Of a stretch of DNA of 64,000 bases, positions 36,901 to 50,700 are shown piece after piece. Location of the stretch: assembly GCF_001194135.2 (NCBI RefSeq), contig NC_068982.1, positions 104,598,991-104,662,990 of the forward strand, written 5' to 3'. The DNA comes from Octopus bimaculoides. Its lineage: Eukaryota. Every line of letters starts with the position of its first letter. Position 1 is the first letter of the stretch. Below the pieces are notes generated by a model, which saw only the letters and a list, made by a program, of their open reading frames with translations, was not told where the DNA came from and did no database searches. Position numbers and translations under genes: made by a program.

Positions 36901-39900
36901 GGCTATTCTGACAGATTAAGGGATTTTATCTATAAATACAAGACAATGCTTTTGATACAGTTTGAATCTACAAGTTTTACACCTGCATTATAATAATAAA
37001 AAAAAAAACTTATTACCGATCCCAGACTTTGACTGAATCAGCACTGGCAGAAAGGATAGCAGTATTATCTGAGCTGAAAGATAGTGCCCGGATCTCAGTA
37101 TGGTGACCTTGTGTTTCTAAGATTTCTGTTTCTGGTATCTCCTGCTCACTAGTGTTGATATCAATGTTATACCATGACAGGGTGTTGTTGGATGATAAAC
37201 ACACAATCTAAAAAACATACAATTTTTTTTTTAATTATGTAAATTTTATAAATTCCTCTGCTAATCCTTAATATTTATAACTCCCAAAATAACACATATT
37301 TCTAATCCTATTCAACATAGTTTCATTTATATATACATTTTAAACAAAGTAAAATGCACTAATATCAGAAATAAACATATGAAAAACATTTTTTCTTTTG
37401 TTATGCTACTGTCTTTTCTATTATAATTCCATTCACATCTTGGATGCCTCAGAACTCAACATTGCAAGCAAACAAATGCCTATTACAGGTGAACTGAGCC
37501 ATTTGGGACATAGTGCCTTATATCTTGCATGGTGAAGAAAGGATATGGAATATGGGTTATCCAGTATGTTATCCACCCAGCAATCTCTACTTAAATATGT
37601 TGACATAAAACAAAAAACAACTTGGTCTCGTGTGAGAGATTTATTTATTTATCTATTAGAGGAAATGAGGTTGTGAGATACTGGCGCCTTTTTCTTTAAG
37701 ACATTCTCAGAAACAGAATTTGAACAGCTGCAACTAGAAATCAAAACTAATCATGATTTACTTCACCATGGCTAACAGCAAATACAACCTGCGAGAACTC
37801 CTGTACCAAGTAACCGGCAGCAGCATTGAAGCCTCAACTTTTTACACGACATGTGTCTCTCCTCGGCTCTGCATTGCCGCCACTTCTTGTTACAGCGCCT
37901 CAACTACTGTAAACATTGACTACGAACTGGTATTTAACCATCCTTGTGTCTGGACTTTCTTCTAACATCCTTATAGACTCTTTTTCTATGCTCTGTATCT
38001 CTCGCACACACATACACACACGTTTGTATACACATACACTTCATCTACATGACAGCCTGTCTATTATTATGTTTATATGGCACACTCACACACATACATG
38101 TTGACATATCAATAAAACCTTCTACCGGTTGTGTCTCTCTTTTCATTCTGGCACCTATACTCATTTGTCCTCTTTTCATATTTTTTATTTGTATCGACTG
38201 TGTGATGTACTAAAGGAGCCATTCCTCGTCACCTCTCTTGGCCGCATGGTTGTTACAATTTCAATCACACTTCTAATGAACTAAAATGACAAAGAAAGTA
38301 ATAACTATACCTTTAGGATATTTTTTTCCAAGAAACAGTCAAAACTATGTCCCTTTTGAGTTATTTTAAAGCTGCTAATTTTCTTGAAGATATCTTTTAA
38401 TGCTATTAAAGGTTCTGTTTCTTCTCTGAAATAAAAAAAAACAAGTTTAAAATTTACCTTAAAATTTACTTAGTGGGATTTAACATTCTAATGAAACTAG
38501 AGTAATTAACAAAACTCCCCAACATTTGAGAGGGAGAACAGAAGAAAGGGTGGTGAATTTAGATAAAGTCTTGAGAAGTTAAAATATGATGTGAGGAACA
38601 GGTTTATTGTTGTGAAAGGGAATTTGTGGTGAGACAACTAGAGACAGAGTTAGGGAAGGAAGTAAGAGAAGGGACAGAGAAAGAGTAGTATCAGTAGTTA
38701 GTGAAAGGGAGAGAGTTATAATGTAGACAGAAGAGTGGGTTGAATAAGAGGATGTACTTACTTCTTTTTACGTTTTTTTAGCCTTCGCTTCTCTAATTTC
38801 TTCAACTCTTCATCAGTAGCCATTAAATAAATCTCTAGACTGCTATCATTGTTCTAGAACATTCATAGAAGGAAAAATCAAAATCAAATTAAAAATTAAC
38901 ATAATAAGGTAATGGTTTTTCATATTGTCAAAACGTCAGGAGAATTAAAATAGAAAATTGTAATGCTGAAGCATATCCTAAGAGCATTAACAATTTTTAT
39001 CAAGGGAAACAGATCAAGCTGGAAATTCAAACCAAATTATAAACTTGGTTGGTTAAGGACTTACACATGTACCATAGAATTTGTGGCATAATAAAAATAA
39101 TTAGATAATGAAAAAATCTAGATAAAACTGAAGACAACTCCTACACAAAGTAATTTCACCTCCAACAGATTATAACATTAAATATCATCACACATTATGC
39201 AAGGCTTTGTACAAGTCTATGGATACATATAAAAATAGTTCACCTGACAGATGAAGTTGAATCTCTCAGATTAGTAGACAAAACACCCAAAAGAAAACAG
39301 GAGAGTAAGTCTTTAGAAATTACATGTTAAATATGCTTCATTAAATGTCACCTTTAAAAACCTCACTAAAGAAACGAATTTTATTAATTACAATGAATTT
39401 CATCTATTTGTAGCAACATCTCTTAATTCCATCCAGACCATCTTTTGTTTATATTTAAGCACCATAAAGACAATGTTTTAAGTGACAAACTCATTATTGA
39501 TGAGGTCACTAAAGAGAGTGACTAGAACACACATTTGATTAGTCGTGAATGTTTTCAAATTTAGCTACCTTAAAACACTTTTTTGCTATTTTGAAATTCT
39601 TTCTAAACTGCAAGACATCTAACACACAAATTTAAACTTCTTGTTTTTATGTCTTACTGGTAACTCTTACTATTCTACCGTTAGCCAGTTTAATTCAGTG
39701 TTCAGAATTGAGATTTTGGTTCCTAAAAACAAGGACTAATTCAACAATAACCTTACCTTAGTGATGCATGCAACCTACAGTAGGGCACCTACTTTTGTTT
39801 AGCATCTTCTATCAGAGCCTTCAGTTGACTAATACTGTATAAGTGGAATTTGGAAACTGTATGGAAGCTAGTTATATACATTTACATACATATTTATATG

Positions 39901-42900
39901 CAAGGGTACCTTTATCAATTTATATTGGTGTAGCATAAAAAACATCACTGAGAAAACCAAAGAAAAAAAAAACAGTACTTTACTAACACATTAGGTTAGC
40001 CAATCCTTTATCACTCTCTCAACCAGAAATATTGTGAACTAATGATTGGAATGTGAGTAATCAATGACACTAATGTTAACAAATTGTGATATAAAATTCT
40101 GTAACATCAATAACTCAGAAGAATCAAAAAGCTACTGAGAACAACAGTGCATTTTAATATTTTATAACCTGTTACATTTTCTATTAATTTCTTTGAACTT
40201 TATAAAGACATGACATATTTCAATATGCCATACTATTACATATGACAATGAAGATACTCTATTCTATTCATAGTAGTATCATTAGGGTTCTAGAATATAT
40301 TTCAAGAACATATCTGAACAATCTGTGGTTAAGAAACTCGCTTTGCAACCACATGGTCCAGTCCCATTACACAGCAACTTGAGACAAGTCTCTTTTACTC
40401 TAGCACTACACTGATCAATGCCTTGTGAGTAAATGTGGTAGACCGAAACTGTGTGGGAGTCTGTCATGTGTGTGTGTGTGTGTGTGTGTGTGCACACGCG
40501 TGTGTTTGTTACCCCTCCACCACCACCTGACAACCAACATGGGTTTGTTTACATACTTATAACTTAGTGATTCAGCAAAAGAAACCAACAAAATAAGCCC
40601 CCCAAGGCTTAAAAATAAGTACTGAGGTCAAGTCATTTGACTAAATCCTTCAAGGCAGTGCCCCAGCATAGCCACAGTTGAATGACTGACACAAGAAAAA
40701 GATAAAAGACTGCAGTACATTCCTGGCTAAATATCTCTTATCCACCATGACATAACACTTCAAAATAATTTTATATCCAATAATGAGAAATCCTTACCAG
40801 ACATACAAGAACTCTATTTGAAGGATTGGTTTTCATGGCAAGTAATCTTTCTTTTGTTTGACGCATCAATGAACCAGTTTTGACACATTTGATTGGATAA
40901 ATCTGAAACAACAAAAAAAAAGCATGGTTAAACTCTAAAGAAATGCATAGTGGGCTGTTGAGATTTAGTCTCAGCAATACGTTCTCTAAAAACCTGCTAG
41001 AAATAACAGCGAAATCTCCCTCAGATACCATATTACTGTTTTAAGAGAAAACAAAAGGACACAGGGAATGTAGTTCTAGCTATTCTAAGAAAGATGGAAT
41101 AGTCTCTGCTCAACCAAAGCGATAAACAACATCCATGTTGCAGCAAGTATAGTTCTTTTTCTTACCTGAGAAGACAATACAATATATGTGCAATAGAAAC
41201 TGGAAGACAAAACGATACCATATAATTCAGTCATGTGTTGCTGTACTGAATGATATATGCAAAAAATTTCAAATGAATCAAAATTTACTTCTTCTCTGAG
41301 GAAAGAAAACAAAAACTGAATCTTGATTGTTAACAACTCTCAAAGAAATGAGCGAATAAATTCAAGAAATTAAGAATTCATTGGTCACGAAACTTGGCTT
41401 GCGAAGACCTATTGGGGCAAGCGAAAGCGAAATCGTGATGGCACCTGTGCCCAGCGTCGCCTTCCTGGCACTTGTGCTGGTTTTATGTGTAAAGACATTC
41501 GAGCGAGATCGTTGCCAGTGCCGCTGGACTGGCTCCTGTACAGGTGGCACGTAAAATACACCATTTTGAGCATGGCCGTTGCCAGTACCGCCTGACTGGC
41601 CTTCGTGCCGGTGGCACGTAAAAGCACCCACTACACTCTCGGAGTGGTTGGCGTTAGGAAGGGCATCCAGCTGTAGAAACTCTGCCAAATCATATTGGAG
41701 CCTGGTGTAGCCATCTGGTTCACCAGTCCTCAGTCAAATCGTCCAACCCAACGTTAAACGATGATGATGAATTATTTCAGAGAAAATTGAATTTTTATGA
41801 AATCTGATCATTGTTAGCAGGCAAAGTGATAGCGATATACATGTTTGGCAACATCTACAACAGTTACTATGGTAATAACAGATAAAATTATAAAGTGTAC
41901 TAATTAGTACAATCGTACTAAGTATCCTATACTTTTAAACAAACATGTAGGATTAGTGACAGGAAGAGCATTCAGCTGTAAAAATCCTATCATAAAAGAA
42001 AAGAGAAACTCCCCATCCAAATAATGCAAGCTTGGAAAACAAACATTAAATGAATGAACAAACTAATTACAATTACTATGGTCATAGCCATTGCAAGTAA
42101 CCATCATCATCACTTCACCATGCTTACCCCAATATTTGATTGGCACTTTATTTTATCAATCCCAAAAGAATGAGCAGCAAAGCTGGCCCTCGAAGAATTT
42201 AAATTCAGAATGTAAAGTGTCAGAACAACCACCACAAAGCATTTTACCCAATACTCTAATGATTCAAACAATCAACTATCCTAGTAATAATAATAATGAT
42301 TTCAAATTTTGGCACAGAGCCAACAGTTTTTGAGGGGAGGGAGAAGTCGATTACATAGATCCAGTACTTGACTGGTACTTATTTTATTGACCCAGAAAGG
42401 ATGAAAAGTAAAGTTGACTTTGGCAGAATTTGAACTCAGAACATAAAGCCAGATGAAATGCCACAAGCACTTTAATAAAAATTAGTTTCAAATTTTAGCA
42501 CAAGGCCAGTAAGTTTGAGGGGAGGAGGCTAATTGATTACATCGACACCAGTGCTCAATTGATACTTATTTTATTAACCCCAATGAAAGGATGAAAGACA
42601 TAACTGACCTCAGCAGAATTTGAACTCAAAACAAAAAGATGGGCAAAATCCACTAAGCATTTTGCTTGGCATGCTAATGATTCTGCCAACTTGCCACCTT
42701 CATAATAATGACAATGAGAATAACAATCCTTTCTGCCATAAGCACAAGGCTTGAAATTTCAGTGGGAGGAGGCTAGTCAATCACATTGACCCCTTGATCA
42801 ACTAGTACTTATTTCATCAACCTCGAAAGGAGAAAGGCAAAGTCAGCCTCAGCAGCATTTGAACTCAGAACATAAAGAGCCAGAAAAAATGCCACAAAAC

Positions 42901-45900
42901 ATGTTGTCCATCTTGCTAACGATTCTGCAGCTGCTACTTTAACAATAATAATGATGATGATAATAATAATAATTTACAAATTCCTCTTCTCGCTGACTTT
43001 CAGTTGAATCTGTTTGGTCTGTTTTCACTTCTTCAATTCGAGCTTTTTTCAATGGAGCTTCTGAGTCATCTTGTTTGTTCTAGAATGGAAAGAAAATTGT
43101 TAAACTATCACTTTAGTAGAGTTATTATTAATCAAGATAGCTTTTTATTTTTCTGTCTTCTTTTCAACAGTTTTATATGTTACATTTGCATTTTAATATG
43201 GGTTAGATGAGTCCACAAATTTAGATATTTACATAAATGCACAACTAATATATGTATAGCAATAAAAGTAATCACCAAGCTAAGATGTCAGGCTAACTGC
43301 TTTACTATGTCCCAAGAGAAGAGACATTATGCTGCTGCCTCAACTTAAAAACATAAACCATAGGAGCCAAAAAGGGCTCACTTGAGCAATTGGAAATACC
43401 AGCCAAATATCCTCAAATCACTATCATGCTAAAATAGAAAGAATACATTGAATAAAATAGCTCTAAGTAAATTGAATCTAAAAAGATGGAATGGTCATGG
43501 CTTGAATACGTAATCATAGGTCTACTGAATCAGAACTAACAAAGTTAAGCAATAACAGGAAGCCCAAAACTCTATTGTTTAATGGTTAGGTGTTAAAAAA
43601 GAAACTGAACAATAATTCATATGTACAAACCATTCTTTGTTTGTAGCCATTGAAAAGAAAATGTGATGTAAAAATAGGAAAGAGAAAAAAGTGAGAGAAA
43701 GATAGAGACAGAGTGAGAGAGAGGGCCTACACAGGGAACAGTAGGGAGGGAATATAAGAAGTACAGAGGGGATAGAGGAGATGGTCTATAAAAGTGTGAG
43801 GGGAAATATTTAGAGATATCAAGTGATGGTAAGAGGAATTGGGGTGGCTGAGAGGTAGATATAGTAGATATGTAAAAGCATGAGAATGTATGGATAGGTA
43901 CATGAGGGAGAGTAGAGGGGTCTGCAGTAGGTGGTGGGTGTGTTGGGAAGATGGATTGTAGGGGAGTTTTTCCAGAGGACAGAGTTATGTGTGTGTGCAT
44001 GAGGGGAAAGGGAATGTGGCTGTAAAGGATGTGTTTGTATGTATAGACAGACATGATTTTACTTAGCTTGAATGACTTCTCAAGCACAGAAAATCACCAG
44101 ATGTCTCAGTCCCTTATCATCTCTTCTGTAAGGCTCAATATCTGAAGATCATTTCTCACCACTTTATCCCAGGTTTTCCTGGGTCTACCTCTGTCACAAG
44201 TTCCCTCCACAATTAAAGATCAGTACTTATGCAGCTGTCCTCATTCATAAACATCACATGACCATACCAGCAGTCTTCTCTCTTGCACTCTCTTAAATCA
44301 TCTACACTCTGTTGTACCTGCACACTGACATCACCCATCCAGTAGAGCATGCTGGCTTCATTTATTTCGAGCCTATGCATGTCCTCTGTAGTCACAGCCT
44401 ATGTCTCACTGTCATGTAGCATAGCTGTTTGTACACAAGCATCATACAATCTGCCTTTCAATCTGAGAGAGAGAGATCCTTTGTTATCAACAAAAGTAGT
44501 AGCTTTCTGAAAATGGCCCAGTCCATTATTAGTCTAGCAAGTACACTTTTAGAGCTTCCTCCTCCACTGCTAAATTGGTTGCCTAGGTAATAGAAGCTAT
44601 CTACTACTTCTACTCACTGAACATTTGAGGGTGTCTAGTTTCTGTAAATTCTTAGTGTTTATTGTACCTGCACATCTACCACACACAATGACTACTTCCT
44701 CTGTTAACTTTCCCATGATACTGCTGCACCTCTCACATGTCCATAGCTTGCACTGAGTACATCCAATGGGGTTTCTACCAACATCTTTTCTACGTATTGA
44801 GCAGGGCCATCTCCCTGAAGGGATTTGTGATCTGTCTGTTTTCCTACTTCTAAGGACTTTGCTAAATTAATTCTAAGGCCCTTTGTTTTCACATCTGAAA
44901 TTTCTTCTCTAGTTCTGATAATAATTCAGTAATAAGAACAAAGTCATCAGCATTGAGAAGCTCCCAAGAGCAGTCAGTCTTAAATTCCTCTGTTATGGCC
45001 TGGAGGACTATAAGCAAGAGGGGACTGAGTACTGGTCTTTAATGAACTCCTACCCATACACTAGATTCATTGCTACACTCATTGCTGACTTTCACCTCAC
45101 TGACAGCATCTCTAAAATGGCTTGTACAGCTCTCATAAACCACTCATCTATCCCAAGCTTCTTCATTGACCACCAAATATGGGAGCAGGACACCAGTCAT
45201 TGGGTATGACTTTCTCATAGTCAAACTGATTAACTATACAGGTGATTAGGCTGTATCTCACACTGCCAGAGATTTTAAGCATCTCAGCAGTGATTTCTGA
45301 TGGACCAGGAGCTTTCCGTCTTCATATCCTTAATTGCATTATTCATCAGGCTACTGTCTATTTGGATAGCTGACCCCTCTGTTGAGTCCATATTAAGTAG
45401 ACTACATTTATCAGTCATTCATAGTAGTACTTCCAAACCTCTTTGCAGAATCACTATCAAATTTATCCCAAACACTCTGTACACTAATTTTCTGCAGTTT
45501 AAATTTTTTGAATTTCTGTACAAATTGTACCAAAATAATTTTTGGTGCACTTTGTTGTTCAAAGTATGCTGCAAGTAAAAAAAAGTTTGGGAAAACTGAT
45601 CTACATAAACAATAAGTAAAAGAATATTTACAGAATTTGATTGAAGTCCCCAGAAACGAAGTTCATTATCAGCGCATCCAGTAATTAATTCGTTATTTTT
45701 TGTAACAAGAATATCTGTCACCTGCAAAACAAAAATATTAGGAAATAACATGAATTAAGGGGTACAAGAAGCAACAAGAAAGACTATGATAAAACAACTA
45801 ACTAATAAATTAATATTTGAGCAGATTCTCAAATAATGATAAGGATTAAGAATGGTCTGTTGAATTGCTTAAAGAAGTTGAACAAAAAAATTAAAATGTG

Positions 45901-47123
45901 ACTTCTCAATAAAAATATTGTGTGTAAGGATGAGATGATTATGCTAATACAAACAAGTAACACAAATGCAATAAGTGCTACAAGCTGATGCAGAAAAATA
46001 CAATGACAAAACATTAAAATATATGATGGGATGTAGCACCACAAACCAAAAAATGATGATAATGATTACCATCACAAAGAGGAGGACATAGGATTATCCA
46101 TATTTCAAAAAGGAATCTTACCTCACTGCGGTGTTCAATAATGGTATCAAAGCAATGCTGGGTGTCCAAGTCCCATAGTTTTATTAGGGAGTCCTTTGAG
46201 CTAGAAACAAAATTTTAATGTTAAATGCAAAATATCAAAGTTTAAAATCATCATCATCATCATCAACATTTAACATCCATTTTTTATGCTGGCATGGGTT
46301 GGATAGCTTGAGAGGAACTGGCCACACCAGGTTCCATAGTCTATTTTGGCTTGGTTTCTACAGCTGGATGCCCTTCCTAATGCCAATCACTTTACAGAGT
46401 GTACTGAGTGATTTGTACGTGGCACCATCACCTGTGCTTTTTATGTGGTACTAGCATCCACACCAATGTTTTTTACATGACAACTTGGTTTTAGGATCTC
46501 AATTCTGTTGTAATGGGCAGGTTTTTTTTAGTATAGTAATGTGCCTCATATTTCAGTCCTCTGTCATCTTTGTAGGCTCAGCATTTTGAGATTGAACTAA
46601 AAGTTATGATCTTTTTCTTAGATACAAGACCAGTTTTGGTACCAGGAGAAACAAGTAGTTAATTGATCTGGATCAGATGCTGAACTAATTCTATTAAAGC
46701 CAAAAAACATTTTTGTTATTTCAGCAATGTCCACCATTGTGATAGAAGAACATTACCTGTACTTACTGTTTTAGTTAGGAATTTTCCTTTGTTCTCTTTC
46801 TTTTTATGAGTAAATAAAGTAGTGAAGCAACAAGTTCACGGTCTTCAGTCGTAGTTCACTTTGTGCTTAGTTGTACCATTGAACAGAACACTCAACTCTA
46901 TATACCACTGTCCACCTGGTAACCAGAAATAAACACCAAATATCTAGGTGCAGGTATGGTTGTGTGATTAAGAAGTTTGCCTCCCAACCACATGGTTTCA
47001 GGTTCAGTCACATTGTGTGGCATTTTGGGCAAATATCTTCTACTAGATCAACCAAAGCCTTGTGAGTGGATTTGGCAAGCAAAAACTGAAAGAAGCCTGT
47101 CATAAGTGTATGTATGTGTGTGT

Positions 47124-47181
<58 letters not shown>

Positions 47182-47492
47182 TAATTTTTGTATAATTATG
47201 TATTGTTAATATTGTTAATATTGTTAATATTTTCTTCGCTTAGCTGTTGAACTGTTCACTCACGCTTCTCTCAGGCTCTACTTCCAACAAAAGGCAGCAA
47301 CAACAAAGTGTTATTTGAAAGGAATTTGGATGCCATTTCTAGCAGTTACCAGCCGGCAGACACTTTAGAGACTGAATACTATAAATTCATTTATTGATTC
47401 TTGAAGGAATTGAACACACATATTGTATCTTGTGTTGGACATATGGTATTATTCCTGTGATTTTCCACCCTTACGTATCCATTTTTACTATA

Positions 47493-47557
<65 letters not shown>

Positions 47558-47695
47558 CACACACACACTTACACAAGTGCTTGTTACTATCTCCTTGCCT
47601 CGACTTCACATGATAGTTGTAAACAAGTGCCATCACCATACAAGTGGTGTCCTTTGTTTCCAGTCTTCCATGTTGAGATTTGGTAGCAAGAAGGG

Positions 47696-47726
<31 letters not shown>

Positions 47727-50700
47727 GTTTAACGTCCGCTTTCCATGCTAGCATGGGTTGGACGATTTGACTGAGGACTGGTGAAACCGGATGGCAACAC
47801 CAGGCTCCAATCTAAATTTGGCAGAGTTTCTACAGTTGGATGCCCTTCCTAACGCCAACCGCTCAGAGAGTGTATAGAAAAATCTACCTCGACAAATTCC
47901 ATCTTACTCGTGAGTATGGAGAAGTGGTCATTAAAACAATGATGATGATGGTTTCATATAAGCTTCTTCAAGCCATTTTTAAGCATTATCAAAAGTTGTA
48001 CGATTTTGTAGGGTTACAATGTTTGGCTCAGTATGTAAGAAAAAAAGTTCTAATTTGTTAAGATTAACCTTTTAGCATACAGATTACTCTGTCAAATGTA
48101 AATCTTATTTATTCACATTGGTTTGAATGGATGATGCACTATCTCATAGCCCTGACATTTTGATGATGTGATTGTTTATTTTTAAATGACATTGTGGCTG
48201 ATTTGAAGATAAAAAAGATAGAATATTTTAGCCAGATATGGCCAGTTTAAATATTAAAAGTTAAACATGTTAGCTGCTAAGAGAAGGAGTAGCAATTGTA
48301 TGAAAATAAATAAGTCCCCTTATCTATAAATTAAACATCTTAACATACTCCAGTGTTTGTTGGAATGTCACACTGGCCATTTTGATTCTGTTATTCACAA
48401 CAATTAAATTGATTAAACTATTGTGATAAAATAAAAGTTCCATTTCATACAATTTAGAAAGAAACAGTACAAAAGGCAAGAATCAGAGATGACTGCAATA
48501 AATTAGTTGAAGTACAGCCAACAAGTTCTGAAGTACAAACTGATATAATGTTGGAAGAGATACTGGAAAGACACAATATGACATCAGAACGTACATATAT
48601 ATTTTTTTCTTGAGAAATAATATGTAGAATTTTTCACAACTCTGTTATGGATAACTTACATACAATTTCTAGGTTTTATAATGTTCACAGAATCTATTAT
48701 GAGTCATGTGATTATAGATGATAATTTTAATTTACGACGGTGGAACATATAATGTAGATGATGATAACAAGGCAATGGATCTTAAGATATAGCCCATAGC
48801 TACAGATATTAATGTGGAGGCGCAATGGCCCAGTGGTTAGGGCAACGGACTCGCAGTCATAGGATTGTGGTTTCGATTCCCAGACCAGGCGTTGTGAGTG
48901 TTTATTGAGCGAAAACACCTAAAGCTCCATGAGGCTCCGGCAGGGGATGGTGGCGAACCCTGCTGTACTCTTTCACCACAACTTTCTCTCACTCTTACTT
49001 CCTGTTTCTGTTGTGCCTGTAATTCAAAGGGTCAGCCTTGTCACACTGTGTCACGCTGAATATCCCCGAGAACTACATTAAGGGTACACGTGTCTGTAGA
49101 GTGCTCAGCCACTTGCACGTTAGTTTCACGAGCAGGCTGTTCCATTGATCGGATCAACTGGAACCCTCGACGTCGTAAACGACAGAATGCTAACAACAAC
49201 AGATATTAATATAGATAACAATCAAAAATCTTATGGTATAAACTATGAACCACACAATAAAGGTGATAACCAACAACACAGCTCCCAGTTATATTAGAGT
49301 AAATTTTTTGAGTAAATAAAATTTTTACCAAACAATTTCCAAGAATTACCTGGTAATTAATACATTATCTTCAGAAAGAAATACTGCTTGTGTTATGCTT
49401 CCTTTGTGACCTTTTAATCGGTACATACCAGTTCCTTGCAGTAGATCCCACAAAATAACATCAGTGTCCTGAAATAGTTGGCATGTTAAAAATCATATAA
49501 ACTAGACATAAGGAGATTACATTGGATAATGGATTAGAAAATAATGGAAGTAAAGAAGGTAGATCAAAGACTTTACTAATCACTGTCCAAATATAAAAAT
49601 AAGAATTGATGAAAAAATTTAAAAACAGAACATTTCAGCTTTCCAATGGAAGGATAACAGATGTGATGCTCCCAATTTCTAAGGCATTAACAAGATAAAT
49701 GAGGTGATTCCAACAAGAAATGGAACTTCAATTGCAGATTCAGAATGCTGAGAATTTATACTGAACCACAGCAAATTTAACTAACATTACCACTGCACAT
49801 AACCTTAACCCAACCAACCATCAAGTAAGCAAATTACCTGTTTTATGAGTTACATGATCAAACTGACAGTATGAACCTACAACCATATGATCAGTAACTG
49901 AACAGCTTAACTTAACAGCTAGTGTGATTCTACAAACACTATTCCTACACAGTTTCAGATTTAAAGTTACATAGAACATTACTAGATCTGCATTAAATAA
50001 TCATAACATAATTCTTAATCAATTTGTTTTCATTGATGCATTGACATGTGTGCTGCTTCATGTTGAGTAACTCCAGTAAATATGAGCTATGCTTAAGCAG
50101 ACCTATGGCCTAAAGGTACCAAATCAAACACCTACAAGCACAGCAACATAGGTAAAGAAATCATGGTAGTTATTACTGTTATAATAGTGATAATCAGGTT
50201 GGTGAAGGTGGGTAAAAAGACTGGCAGGAAGAAATGTTCCTTCTAAGTTTTCACTGTGGATGTGAACATAAATTTTGGCATTGTGTGCAAATTTTGTCTT
50301 TCTTTGCACATCCATGAACAATTTTAACTTCAACTTGAAAACCTTGTGAGCACATTTTTTTACATAAAACTTGCCTGCATGTGCACAGCTTAGAAGGAAA
50401 ACTGGTGGTAACAAAAATATACAAGAAGTGACAATATAAAACTAAAACTTATTTTTAAATAAAAATAATAAAAAGAAATATAACTGAACAAGTTACGTAT
50501 ATTTTTTTCAATGTGAATGATGACAAGTTACTTCACCAAATTCAAACAGTGGAATAAATGTAGGCACATTTGGTAATTGGACTGCTTCCTAAAAGGAGAC
50601 TTCATATTTATCCTCACCATGTTAAATCAATTTTTGCTGTATAGGTAGTACTAACAAACCAAGTTTACAACCCAGGTTCAATTTACAGTGGTAATATTTG

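Noticed and set aside
37680-38270. CpG-richer intronic stretch with a 70-aa ORF (37753-37965)
   Set aside because: No motif could be assigned. It is probably a decayed mobile-element fragment, but there is no second copy in the window to support a call.
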